Source: Candidatus Woesearchaeota archaeon (GTDB taxonomy: Archaea > Nanobdellota > Nanobdellia > Pacearchaeales > GW2011-AR1). From it: 48,144 nucleotides of DNA. The stretch covers positions 238 to 48,381 of the forward strand of contig CAYQJI010000002.1 in NCBI GenBank assembly GCA_964417865.1. The letters run 5' to 3'. Numbering within the stretch: position 1 is the first letter of the stretch; the number at the start of each line of letters is the position of its first letter. A model generated the notes under the pieces. The model did no database searches and was not told the origin of the DNA. It was given only the letters and a program-made list of their open reading frames with translations. Shown piece by piece: positions 8,837 to 17,232 of the stretch. A program made the translations under genes and the position numbers.

Positions 8837-8910
8837 TTTGAATTAAATATAAAAGAAAACTTTTAAATCTTTTTATTATCTATTATGATTTTTTACTTAT
8901 CAACCTTATC

Positions 8911-9648
8911 TTAAACAATTTTGCCAAAAAAAGAATATCTCCTATTTTTATTATCTCCTCCCCGAATTATATATGCTCTTGAGTTGAAATTACTTATCCT
9001 TATGGCTCCTATTTCAGGCATATTTGAATATGTTTTTCCAAAAAATATAGGCATACCATATTGGTTTAGTTTTTCATTTTCTATAGTTTTAAAAAAATAA
9101 TCAATAAACTCTTTCTCTAAATATTCGTCTTTAAACAAGAATCTTAAAACTTCTGAATTCAATGCTTCTTTTTTGTTTTTATAAACCCCACTCTTCTCAA
9201 TCTCTTTTTTAGGAACAATTAAAACATCTTCTCTCTTCCTTAATTTATTATAAATCTCTTCTGCTTCTTCTTTTTCATTTGATAAAAACCATCCATTTTT
9301 AGTTTCTTCTTTTTCACAGAAACCATTTGATTTTTTTAATGTTATTTCTAAGTTCTTATTCTTGTTTAATAATTCTTTTTGGTCTAAACAAATTAAAACT
9401 TCCCCACAAGGATGGTTAATTATAGAATCTATTGTATCATAATACTTAAAAGAATTAAAATTAAAACTTGAAAAATCTCCTTCTGAATAAACGTCTTCAT
9501 TAAACCTTTGCGTAGATTTTAAAATCTCATATGCAATATCTGAAAAATTCATCAAGTAAATACCTTTTTCTTTAGTTTTTTTTAATATAAAACTTCCCTG
9601 TCCTGATAGAGGAAAACATTCTATTCTTGATTCAATATTTTTTGACAT
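8911..9648 (-). CDS. Hypothetical protein (about 245 aa from ATG at 9646..9648; the track ORF extends to 9729)
   Basis: Long open frame in an AT-rich background with no motif I recognise. The upstream 27 codons (MLDIMFCSVRCCKNNRKYYKLWRSYKK) look like non-coding read-in. Confidence 0.5.
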   Translation of the reverse strand: MSKNIESRIECFPLSGQGSFILKKTKEKGIYLMNFSDIAYEILKSTQRFNEDVYSEGDFSSFNFNSFKYYDTIDSIINHPCGEVLICLDQKELLNKNKNLEITLKKSNGFCEKEETKNGWFLSNEKEEAEEIYNKLRKREDVLIVPKKEIEKSGVYKNKKEALNSEVLRFLFKDEYLEKEFIDYFFKTIENEKLNQYGMPIFFGKTYSNMPEIGAIRISNFNSRAYIIRGGDNKNRRYSFFGKIV

Positions 9649-9811
9649 TTTTTTGTAACTCCTCCATAGTTTATAATATTTTCTATTATTCTTGCAACAA
9701 CGAACCGAACAAAACATTATATCTAACATTAGGGTTTAGAGAAGTTTTTGCGAAGCAAAAATTTGAGATAGTGAAGTAACAACGTGGTTGAGGAGTGGAG
9801 CAAGAAGAAGT

Positions 9812-10285
9812 TTACTTTAGGACTTTCTTCATAGGGTATACTTTTAATCCGTGAAAATTTCGAATACCGGTTGTTTTTTTATAGCCCATTTTCTGATAAA
9901 AAGGAATTGCGTATAACGATGCTCTTATTTTGATTTCATGTGATTTCTGCTTTTTTGCTTCAGATTCAAATTTACTTACTAATAATCTACCAACTCCTTT
10001 TTTATGCTGCTTACCATCTACAAATAGATTAATTATTCTTCCAGGCCCTCCACGAATCATGCCTATTATTTTATTATTCTCAACGGCAACATAGAAAATG
10101 GGTGTTCTTAGAAAGTTTTCATAAAGTTGTTGGATTGTATTTTTGGCAGGATCATAATAGTTAAGGTATTCTTGTACTGCAGATTTCTTAATGAATTCTT
10201 GACTATTAAATTGTTTATAGGTATTCATTACTAAAAGAGCAACAACTTCTGTATCTTCTTTTCGAAATTTTCGTAGTTTAATCAT
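9812..10285 (-). CDS. GNAT-family N-acetyltransferase
   Basis: 157 aa with an acetyl-CoA binding motif A (IINLFVDGKQHKKGVGRLLV, i.e. Q/R-x-x-G-x-G/A). Visibly higher G+C than the neighbouring genes. Confidence 0.75.
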   Translation of the reverse strand: MIKLRKFRKEDTEVVALLVMNTYKQFNSQEFIKKSAVQEYLNYYDPAKNTIQQLYENFLRTPIFYVAVENNKIIGMIRGGPGRIINLFVDGKQHKKGVGRLLVSKFESEAKKQKSHEIKIRASLYAIPFYQKMGYKKTTGIRNFHGLKVYPMKKVLK

Positions 10286-10566
10286 AAATTTAATTATATC
10301 TTATGAATATTATAAATATATCTAAATAAAAACCTTAAAGTAAATTGCATTCATCATCGGGCTTAAGGAAATTTTTCTTCTTATTTATGATATCTTTTTG
10401 TAGGATATATTGTAACCTTCATACATTTAAAAAACCTAAAAGCCTGATGGCAAAAATAGGAGTATTATTGAAAAACTTAAAGAAAATCTTCTTTTAGAAA
10501 ACTAAATAAAAATTCTATTATAAAAATAACCTTTCAAAATTTCGAAAGAGATTACAAAATGTCTTA

Positions 10567-10642
10567 TAGCGGGGGTGGGATTTGAACCGCACGACCTTCG
10601 GGTTATGGGCCCGACGAGCACTCCAGGCTGCTCTACCCCGCT
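10567..10642 (-). tRNA. Initiator tRNA-Met (anticodon CAT)
   Basis: The reverse complement folds as AGCGGGG TA GAGC AGCCTGGAGT GCTC G TCGGG CCCATAA CCCGA AGGTC GTGCGG TTCAAAT CCCAC CCCCGCT A. The A1:U72 pair and three consecutive G:C pairs closing the anticodon stem are initiator hallmarks. The T arm has one extra nucleotide. Confidence 0.8.
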
Positions 10643-10744
10643 ATTTTAGCGTTATTTCTCACACAAATTATAATTTCTCATGGCTTTTAAAATTAACTAA
10701 TTTATTAACATCATCTTTAAAAACTATCAAGATTTTTTTGTTAG

Positions 10745-11410
10745 ATGTTAATCCTTGGAATTGATGATGCAGGAAGAGGGCCTGTTATTGGTCCTATGAT
10801 AATTGCAGGATGTTTAATTGATTCTAAATACGAAAGAGAATTAAAAAATTTAGGAGTTAAAGATTCTAAACAATTAACCCAAAAAAGAAGAGAATTTTTA
10901 TTTGAAAAAATAAAAGAATTATCAGTAAAATATGATTTTGTTATTATACCTGCAGAAGAGATAGATTCCTATAATAAAAATAAAATTAATCTGAATGAAT
11001 TAGAAGCAATTAAAATGGCAGAAGTTATTAACAAAATAAATGATGGTAAAGAAAAGATAAAAGTAATAATTGACTGTCCTTCTGTTTCTATCAATAAATG
11101 GAAAGATTATTTAAAAACCAAAGTAGAGAATTTATCAAATCTTGAAATTAATGCAGAACATAAAGCAGATGTAAACTATGTTGAGGTATCTGCTGCTTCT
11201 ATAATAGCAAAATGTATAAGAGAAAAAGAAATGGACAAATTAAGAGAACTTTATGGAGAAGAAATTGGTTCTGGTTATACTTCTGATCCAAAAACCTGCA
11301 CTTTTTTAGAGTCTAATTTTAAAAAACATAAAAACAAAGGAATATTTAGGAAATCCTGGAGCACTTGGAAAGAGGCATGTTCAAAGACTAAACAACAGAA
11401 ATTATTTTAA
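10745..11410 (+). CDS. rnhB: Ribonuclease HII
   Basis: N-terminal GIDDAGRGPVIGPM catalytic motif, plus downstream DSK and H-K-AD...SAASIIAK motifs. Confidence 0.85.
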   Translation: MLILGIDDAGRGPVIGPMIIAGCLIDSKYERELKNLGVKDSKQLTQKRREFLFEKIKELSVKYDFVIIPAEEIDSYNKNKINLNELEAIKMAEVINKINDGKEKIKVIIDCPSVSINKWKDYLKTKVENLSNLEINAEHKADVNYVEVSAASIIAKCIREKEMDKLRELYGEEIGSGYTSDPKTCTFLESNFKKHKNKGIFRKSWSTWKEACSKTKQQKLF

Positions 11411-11470
11411 AAATAATCTCCTTCTTCAATAATTATTAATACTTAAAAAGCTGAAATTCTTATTAAGCTC

Positions 11471-14335
11471 ATGGTTTATATAAAAAAACTGGTGATTTAT
11501 GGATTTAAAAGTTTTCCAAGAAAAACAGAAATCCCTCTATCCCCTGGAATAAATGTTATTGTAGGGGCAAATGGTAGTGGTAAGAGTAATATCTCTGATG
11601 CCTTATGCTTTGTTCTTGGAAGATTAAATATTAAGTCTATGAGGGCTGCAAAAGCAGGAAATCTAATATTTTTAGGGAGTAAAGCAGCTTCACCTTCAAA
11701 AGAAGCAAGTGTTGAAATAATCTTAGATAATTCAGATCACGTTTTTTCTTTAGATAAAGAAGAAATATCCATTGAAAGGATAGTAAGGAGAAATGGCCAA
11801 AGTATCTATAGAATTAATAAAGAAACAAAAAGCAGGCAAGAAGTTTTAACAGTTCTTGCTGAAGCAGGTATAGATCCGAATGGTTTTAATATTGTTCTTC
11901 AAGGAGAAATACAAAATTTTGTTAGGATGCAAACAGAAGAAAGAAGACAAGTAATAGAAGAGGTTGCAGGGATTTCTATATACGAGATGAGAAAAGAAAA
12001 ATCTTTACAAGAATTAAATAAGACTGATGAAAAATTAAAAGAAATTAATTCTGTTCTTAGGGAGAGATCAATTTATTTAAACAATCTTGAAAAAGAAAGA
12101 CAACAAGCATTAAAATTTAAAAAATTAGAAGAGGAAAGTAAAAATCTAAAGGCAAGTATTTTAACTTTTGATTTAAATGAAAAGAAAAAAGAACTTCAAG
12201 AAATAAAAAATAAGATTGAATCTCTAAACAAAAATAGTGAAAATGAAAAGAAAAATTTGCAAAACATAAAATCTTCGATTGAAACATTAGAATCAAAAAT
12301 TTCTTTGATTAATCTTTCTATACAAAAAGCTACAGGTACCGAACAAGAATTATTAAATCAAGAAATAATAAATATAAGAACTTCCCTTGCTGGTTTAAAT
12401 GTAAAAAAAGAAAACTATGAGAAAAAAATATCTTCTTTAAAAAAAGAAAAAATAGAATTTGAGAATTTAATTGCTTCCTTAGAAAAAGAAATAAATGACA
12501 TACAAAAAGGAAAATCTTCTAACTTGCCAGATAAAAAAGAAATAGATTCTAAGAAAAAAGAATTAGAACTTATAGAAAATAAAAGGAAAAAATTTTATTC
12601 AATAAAGTCAGAATTAAAAATATTAAAAGAAAGATTGCAAGATAAAAAAAATAATCTTTCTTATTACTCTAACGAATCTGAATTTTTAGTAAAAGAGATA
12701 AAATCCTTATCAGAAGGGATAACTGACTTAAAAATTAATCCAGATAAAATTGAAACCCTTAAAATCTCTTTGAATGAAAAAAAAGCATTATTAGAAACTT
12801 TATTAAAAAGAGAACTTGAATTAGAAAAAAATTCAAGTGCAATGGAAAATGAAATTGAAAATCAAGAAAAAACAATAGAAAAAATTTCTAAAATGGATAT
12901 TTGTCCTTTATGTAAAAGCAAAATAACCCCTGAACATATAAAAAATATCCATGTTGAATCTTATGAAAAAATAAACACATTAAAAACCGCAATTGAAAAA
13001 TCTGATAAAGAAATTAGTGAAATATACAATAAAAAAAGGATTTTAAATCAGGAAATTGAAGAATTAATTTTCAATATTTCAAAAGCAAATTCAGATTTAA
13101 TAAAATTATCTTCCATAAATGAAAAACAATTAAAAATAAAAGATTTTCAAGAAAAAATAGAAAATTTAAAAAAAGAGATTTATGAACTTGAAAAGAGGGA
13201 TAATTCCCTTGAAAAAGAGATAGAAGAATATTCTAACATAGAAGAAAAATACGAATCGATTAGATTTGAGATACAAAATTTATCTTTAAAAAATAATGAG
13301 AATTTAGATTCTGAAGTTTCATTTAAAATAAGAGAATTGGAAAGAATAAACTCTTCTTTAAAAAATAATATTAATGAACAAGAAGAAATAAATCAAGAAT
13401 TTAATGAATCCGTAGAAAAGATAACTTCTTTGGAAAAAGAATTAGAAAAAAAGAAAAAACAAGAACAAGAGATAATAGAAAAATTTAATAAATTAGTTTT
13501 TGAAAAAGAAAATTATCAAAAACAGATAAGAGAAAAAGAAATGGAGATATCTCAAAAACAAAATAAAATTTATGAAATAGAACAGCTAATAAATAATCAA
13601 AAAATAGAGGAAGCAAAAGTTAATGCAGAGATATCCAATCTTGAAATTGAATTATTAAACTTTCAAAATGTAGAGATAATTAAAGGATCTAAAGAAAATC
13701 TTAACCAGAGATTATTAAAATGTAATCAAGAATTATCATCTTTAGGGTCTATAAATCTTAGAGCTTTAGAAGTTTATGATCTTGTAAAACAAGAATATGA
13801 TTCTATAAAAGAAAAAGCAGAAAAAATTCTTAAAGAAAAAGAAAATATTCTAAAGATTATAGAAGAGATAGATATAAAGAAAAAAAGAACATTCTTACAA
13901 ACATTTAATTCTATAAACGATTTTTTTTCAAAAAACTTTTCTCAACTAAGTCAAAAAGGTCAAGTATTTTTAGAATTAGAGGATAAAAAAGACCCTTTTT
14001 CTAAAGGAGTAAATATTATCCTTAAAGCAGGACATGGAAAAATTTTTGATATAAAATCCTTATCTGGGGGAGAACAAACTCTAATTGCTTTATCCCTAAT
14101 TTTTGCGATACAAGAGTATAAACCATATTATTTCTACATATTCGATGAAATTGATGCTGCTCTTGATAAAAGAAATTCTGAAAGACTTGCAGAACTATTA
14201 AAAAGATATATGCAAAAAGGACAATATATTGTTATTACGCATAATGATGAAGTAATCTCCAACGCTACTAATCTTTATGGAGTTAGTATGACAGAAGGTA
14301 TAAGTAAGATAATAAGCTTAAGAATTTCAGATTAA
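11471..14335 (+). CDS. smc: SMC-family chromosome-organisation ATPase (954 aa) with SMC-type heads, no hinge region, and a central CxxC
   Basis: N-terminal head has FKSF and Walker A GANGSGKSNISDA, followed by VLQGEIQNFVRMQTEERRQVIEEVAGI. C-terminal head has LSGGEQTLIALSLIFAIQEYKPYYFYIFDEIDAALD (signature plus Walker B). Everything between is K/E/N/L-rich heptad-like sequence, with CPLC at residues 478-481 (nt 12902..12913). Confidence 0.8.
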   Translation: MVYIKKLVIYGFKSFPRKTEIPLSPGINVIVGANGSGKSNISDALCFVLGRLNIKSMRAAKAGNLIFLGSKAASPSKEASVEIILDNSDHVFSLDKEEISIERIVRRNGQSIYRINKETKSRQEVLTVLAEAGIDPNGFNIVLQGEIQNFVRMQTEERRQVIEEVAGISIYEMRKEKSLQELNKTDEKLKEINSVLRERSIYLNNLEKERQQALKFKKLEEESKNLKASILTFDLNEKKKELQEIKNKIESLNKNSENEKKNLQNIKSSIETLESKISLINLSIQKATGTEQELLNQEIINIRTSLAGLNVKKENYEKKISSLKKEKIEFENLIASLEKEINDIQKGKSSNLPDKKEIDSKKKELELIENKRKKFYSIKSELKILKERLQDKKNNLSYYSNESEFLVKEIKSLSEGITDLKINPDKIETLKISLNEKKALLETLLKRELELEKNSSAMENEIENQEKTIEKISKMDICPLCKSKITPEHIKNIHVESYEKINTLKTAIEKSDKEISEIYNKKRILNQEIEELIFNISKANSDLIKLSSINEKQLKIKDFQEKIENLKKEIYELEKRDNSLEKEIEEYSNIEEKYESIRFEIQNLSLKNNENLDSEVSFKIRELERINSSLKNNINEQEEINQEFNESVEKITSLEKELEKKKKQEQEIIEKFNKLVFEKENYQKQIREKEMEISQKQNKIYEIEQLINNQKIEEAKVNAEISNLEIELLNFQNVEIIKGSKENLNQRLLKCNQELSSLGSINLRALEVYDLVKQEYDSIKEKAEKILKEKENILKIIEEIDIKKKRTFLQTFNSINDFFSKNFSQLSQKGQVFLELEDKKDPFSKGVNIILKAGHGKIFDIKSLSGGEQTLIALSLIFAIQEYKPYYFYIFDEIDAALDKRNSERLAELLKRYMQKGQYIVITHNDEVISNATNLYGVSMTEGISKIISLRISD

Positions 14336-14866
14336 ATCTTCTAAATACCTACTAACACAATACTCTTTAAATTTTGAATAAAATCTTTGAAATTTTAACT
14401 TATCTTGTATTTTTATCTTTTTGAAAGGTAAATCGTCTATAATCTTTTCTAATAAAAATAATTCATCTTTATCTATCTCTTTATTATATAAAAGATTTAA
14501 TCCTAAATAGATAGTATCTATCATTAAATTATCTATTTCTATGTCCTTAGAATTCACTTCAATGCAAAATTGTTTTTTTAATATAGAATTAATCTCTTTT
14601 TTAAACACATCATGTTTTTGATCATATGTCTTTATAAGATATAAATTCTCATAAAAATTTATTATATCTTTACTATCAGAATTATAATTTCTTTCCTTGA
14701 GTTCTTCAAGGATAATCTTTCCTTCTAAACCTACTCTTTTATTAGTACCTTTAAGTATCTTATCTAATCTTTCTTTTAAATAAGAATCAGAACATAGGTG
14801 AAATTCTTTTCTTAATTTCTCTTTATATCTTTCGTATTCCTCTACGTTTAATATATTTTTAATTGT
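14327..14866 (-). CDS. Hypothetical protein; the frame is open for 179 codons but the first ATG/GTG/TTG is the GTG at 14608
   Basis: The track ORF 14327..14608 starts at GTG. The same frame remains stop-free for a further 86 codons upstream (up to the TAA at 14867..14869), with coding-like K/E/L/N composition. Confidence 0.45.
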   Translation of the reverse strand, partial: TIKNILNVEEYERYKEKLRKEFHLCSDSYLKERLDKILKGTNKRVGLEGKIILEELKERNYNSDSKDIINFYENLYLIKTYDQKHDVFKKEINSILKKQFCIEVNSKDIEIDNLMIDTIYLGLNLLYNKEIDKDELFLLEKIIDDLPFKKIKIQDKLKFQRFYSKFKEYCVSRYLEDLI

Positions 14867-14933
14867 TTATATTTATCTATTTTTAATTAAGAATAATAAA
14901 AAAATAATAAAAAGAAAAAAATAAAAAATTCTT

Positions 14934-16133
14934 TTAATAGTAGCTTTCTCCAAAATCTTCTGTTTTCTCAGGTTTCTTTGTTATCAAAACAATTAACCCT
15001 ACTAACAATATTAAGAAGATAACTCCTAAAACTATTGTTAAAACGAAAATAGCATCAGTCTTTGTTGTTGTAGCTTTGTTTGATCCAGTAAACTTGAAAG
15101 TTCCTAGTACTTCATTATTGTACAAGACAGTAGCATCAAAAGAGTAATCTCCTTCTGGTATGTCTAATGAAACAACTTTACTTGAAGTAGGGGGTAAAAC
15201 AACTGCAACTTCGTTAGAGTTATATAAAATTTTGTAAACTCTTAATTTGCTTGTTGGATTAAGTAATACCAAATCATTTCCTGATTTCATTATTAAATCA
15301 GAAACCCCATTGTCTACAACAATCTTCTTAGTCAAAGTTGTTTTTGTTTCATCATTTTCAGCTTTAACAGACAAGACATATTCTCCAGATTTTGCTGTAA
15401 AAGGTATTTCAACATAAACTCTTGCATTAACCGTGTTTGTTTCATCATCATCACTTGAAGTATCTTCAAGAGCGATTAAATCTCCTAAATAAGCCTTTTT
15501 TTCCAAGTTTAATTCTGGAATACTAATAGTCATATAGATATCTTTAGCCTTGTTATAACCTACATTTTTCAAAACTATATCTATAGGAACAGATTGTCCT
15601 GTTTCAATAGTATTTGGTGTAAGCACTGATTTTATAGACAATTCATAAGAAGGTTTTTGAACTCTTATACTTATATCTTTCATCTCATCATTTTTATAGT
15701 CTTTATTCCAAATCTTAATGTTAAGAATTAAATTATTACTTAATTCTTCTTCACTAAGGTCTTTTGGAACTTGGACTTCTAAAGTTTTTATATAAGTTTT
15801 CCCTTCTTCTACATCAAATAAAGGAGTTGTTTCAGTAACAGTATCTTTTTCACTATCTAATTCTACTCTTACTTGCATATTTGATGCACTTAAGATTGGA
15901 TTTCCATCACTATCATTTCCTAAATCTGCTATTGTAAACTTAACTTTAACTTCTATAGTTTCTCCAGCAATAACACTTGCTGTTTGAGATCCTGTACCAT
16001 AAACAACAATGTCATTAACTGAAACAGAATCCAAACTAGAATCTGTTAAGTCATTTGTTGCGCTTACACTTACAGCTAAAAATAAGAGACTAGCTACTAA
16101 CAAAAAAGAAAATAACATCCTTTTTGTATTCAT
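14934..16133 (-). CDS. Cell-surface (S-layer-like) protein with signal peptide, CARDB-like beta-sandwich repeats and a C-terminal TM anchor
   Basis: Signal peptide MNTKRMLFSFLLVASLLFLAVSVSA, T/S/V/D-rich beta-strand composition, a CARDB-like segment (VPIDIVLKNVGYNKAKDIYMTISIP) and a C-terminal helix IFVLTIVLGVIFLILLVGLIVLI followed by KKPEK. Confidence 0.6.
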   Translation of the reverse strand: MNTKRMLFSFLLVASLLFLAVSVSATNDLTDSSLDSVSVNDIVVYGTGSQTASVIAGETIEVKVKFTIADLGNDSDGNPILSASNMQVRVELDSEKDTVTETTPLFDVEEGKTYIKTLEVQVPKDLSEEELSNNLILNIKIWNKDYKNDEMKDISIRVQKPSYELSIKSVLTPNTIETGQSVPIDIVLKNVGYNKAKDIYMTISIPELNLEKKAYLGDLIALEDTSSDDDETNTVNARVYVEIPFTAKSGEYVLSVKAENDETKTTLTKKIVVDNGVSDLIMKSGNDLVLLNPTSKLRVYKILYNSNEVAVVLPPTSSKVVSLDIPEGDYSFDATVLYNNEVLGTFKFTGSNKATTTKTDAIFVLTIVLGVIFLILLVGLIVLITKKPEKTEDFGESYY

Positions 16134-16310
16134 TTTTATTTTTTTTAATCCTTTTTTAATTGCAGAAAACTTTGTTTTCTGTAATTTTCTTAGTTCTCAA
16201 TACTTTATAAACTTTATGATGACAACAAAATGAAATTATTTAATAGTACTAAATGTTAGTAACAGATAGTAACATAAATTTTGTTATTGATAAAAAGATT
16301 TCTATTTTTA

Positions 16311-17102
16311 TTATTTTTTTATCATCTCTTTTTCAACCTTTAATCCTAAGATAGAATCCTCTAGAGGGTATGGGCTTTCATTTATTATTGTTATTTCTTT
16401 TTTTGTTTTTAATAATTTTTTTATTAAAAGTTCTAATCTCTCTTTTTCAGTTCTTTTATGTTTTCTTTCTCCTTTTTCATTATATTCTATACCTGAAAAA
16501 TGTATATGTAATTCTTTTTTATCTTTAAACAAATTTAAGGTATAATCAATTTTATCTTCTTTATACCTTGCTAAGATATGTGCAAAATCTAAACAAAATT
16601 CACAACCAGTTTCATCAACAAGTTTTTTTATTTCTTCAATACTCCCAAAAACATTAATCTTCCCCATTGTTTCAGGTGCCAATTTTGGGGCGTATCGCCT
16701 TTTTTTAATTTCTTCTTGAATTTCTATAATCTGTCTTTTAATATTTTCATATGCTTTTTCTTTTTCCATTTTTCCATAATAACCTGGATGAAAAACTATT
16801 CTATAAGCATTAAGAAAACTACCAATTTTACAACATTCTAAAATTCTTTCTTTGCTTCTTTTTATTTTTTCTTTATCTTCAGAATTAAGATTTATCCAAT
16901 AAGGAGCATGAATGCTCAGTTTAATCCCTAGTTCTTTTGCTTTTTTTCCAATTATAACTGCTTCTTCTTGTTTTATATAAACCCCATAAGTAAAATCAAT
17001 TTCACATGCTCTTATCCCTAATTCATGATATTTTTCTAAGGTGGTAAGTGATTCTTTTACAGGTCCTAAACCAGATGGTCCAAAATAAATTGTCATAAAC
17101 AT
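16311..17102 (-). CDS. AP endonuclease family 2 / endonuclease IV-like TIM-barrel protein
   Basis: Motifs parallel to endonuclease IV: IHAPYWINLNS, RIVFHPGYYG, PETMGK, CLDFAHILA and HIHFSGIEY. Confidence 0.6.
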   Translation of the reverse strand: MFMTIYFGPSGLGPVKESLTTLEKYHELGIRACEIDFTYGVYIKQEEAVIIGKKAKELGIKLSIHAPYWINLNSEDKEKIKRSKERILECCKIGSFLNAYRIVFHPGYYGKMEKEKAYENIKRQIIEIQEEIKKRRYAPKLAPETMGKINVFGSIEEIKKLVDETGCEFCLDFAHILARYKEDKIDYTLNLFKDKKELHIHFSGIEYNEKGERKHKRTEKERLELLIKKLLKTKKEITIINESPYPLEDSILGLKVEKEMIKK

Positions 17103-17232
17103 TTAATAAGCTCAAACTTTAAAGAGTTTTTTGTTAGGAATATACTTATTGCTAATTAAAATTCTAATCAATTTTAGGTATATAAAAAATTAATTTTTTA
17201 GATTATATTAGATAAATTTTTTATTTTAGAAC

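Noticed and set aside
10340-10362. GATGATGA (C-box-like) on the minus strand upstream of the GNAT gene, as a possible C/D box sRNA
   Set aside because: There is no D box (CUGA) at a suitable distance downstream, no C'/D' pair, and no terminal stem.
8766-10642. Whether the tRNA-Tyr to tRNA-iMet interval is an integrated mobile element
   Set aside because: There is no integrase or transposase gene, and I could find no direct repeat of either tRNA 3' end inside or flanking the interval. Only the compositional oddity of the GNAT gene remains, and that is reported as a low-key finding.
10582-10764. 60-aa plus-strand ORF (MNRTTFGLWARRALQAALPRYF...)
   Set aside because: Its 5' part is simply the complement of the initiator tRNA gene, a GC-rich island with no stops. 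It is not a plausible protein.
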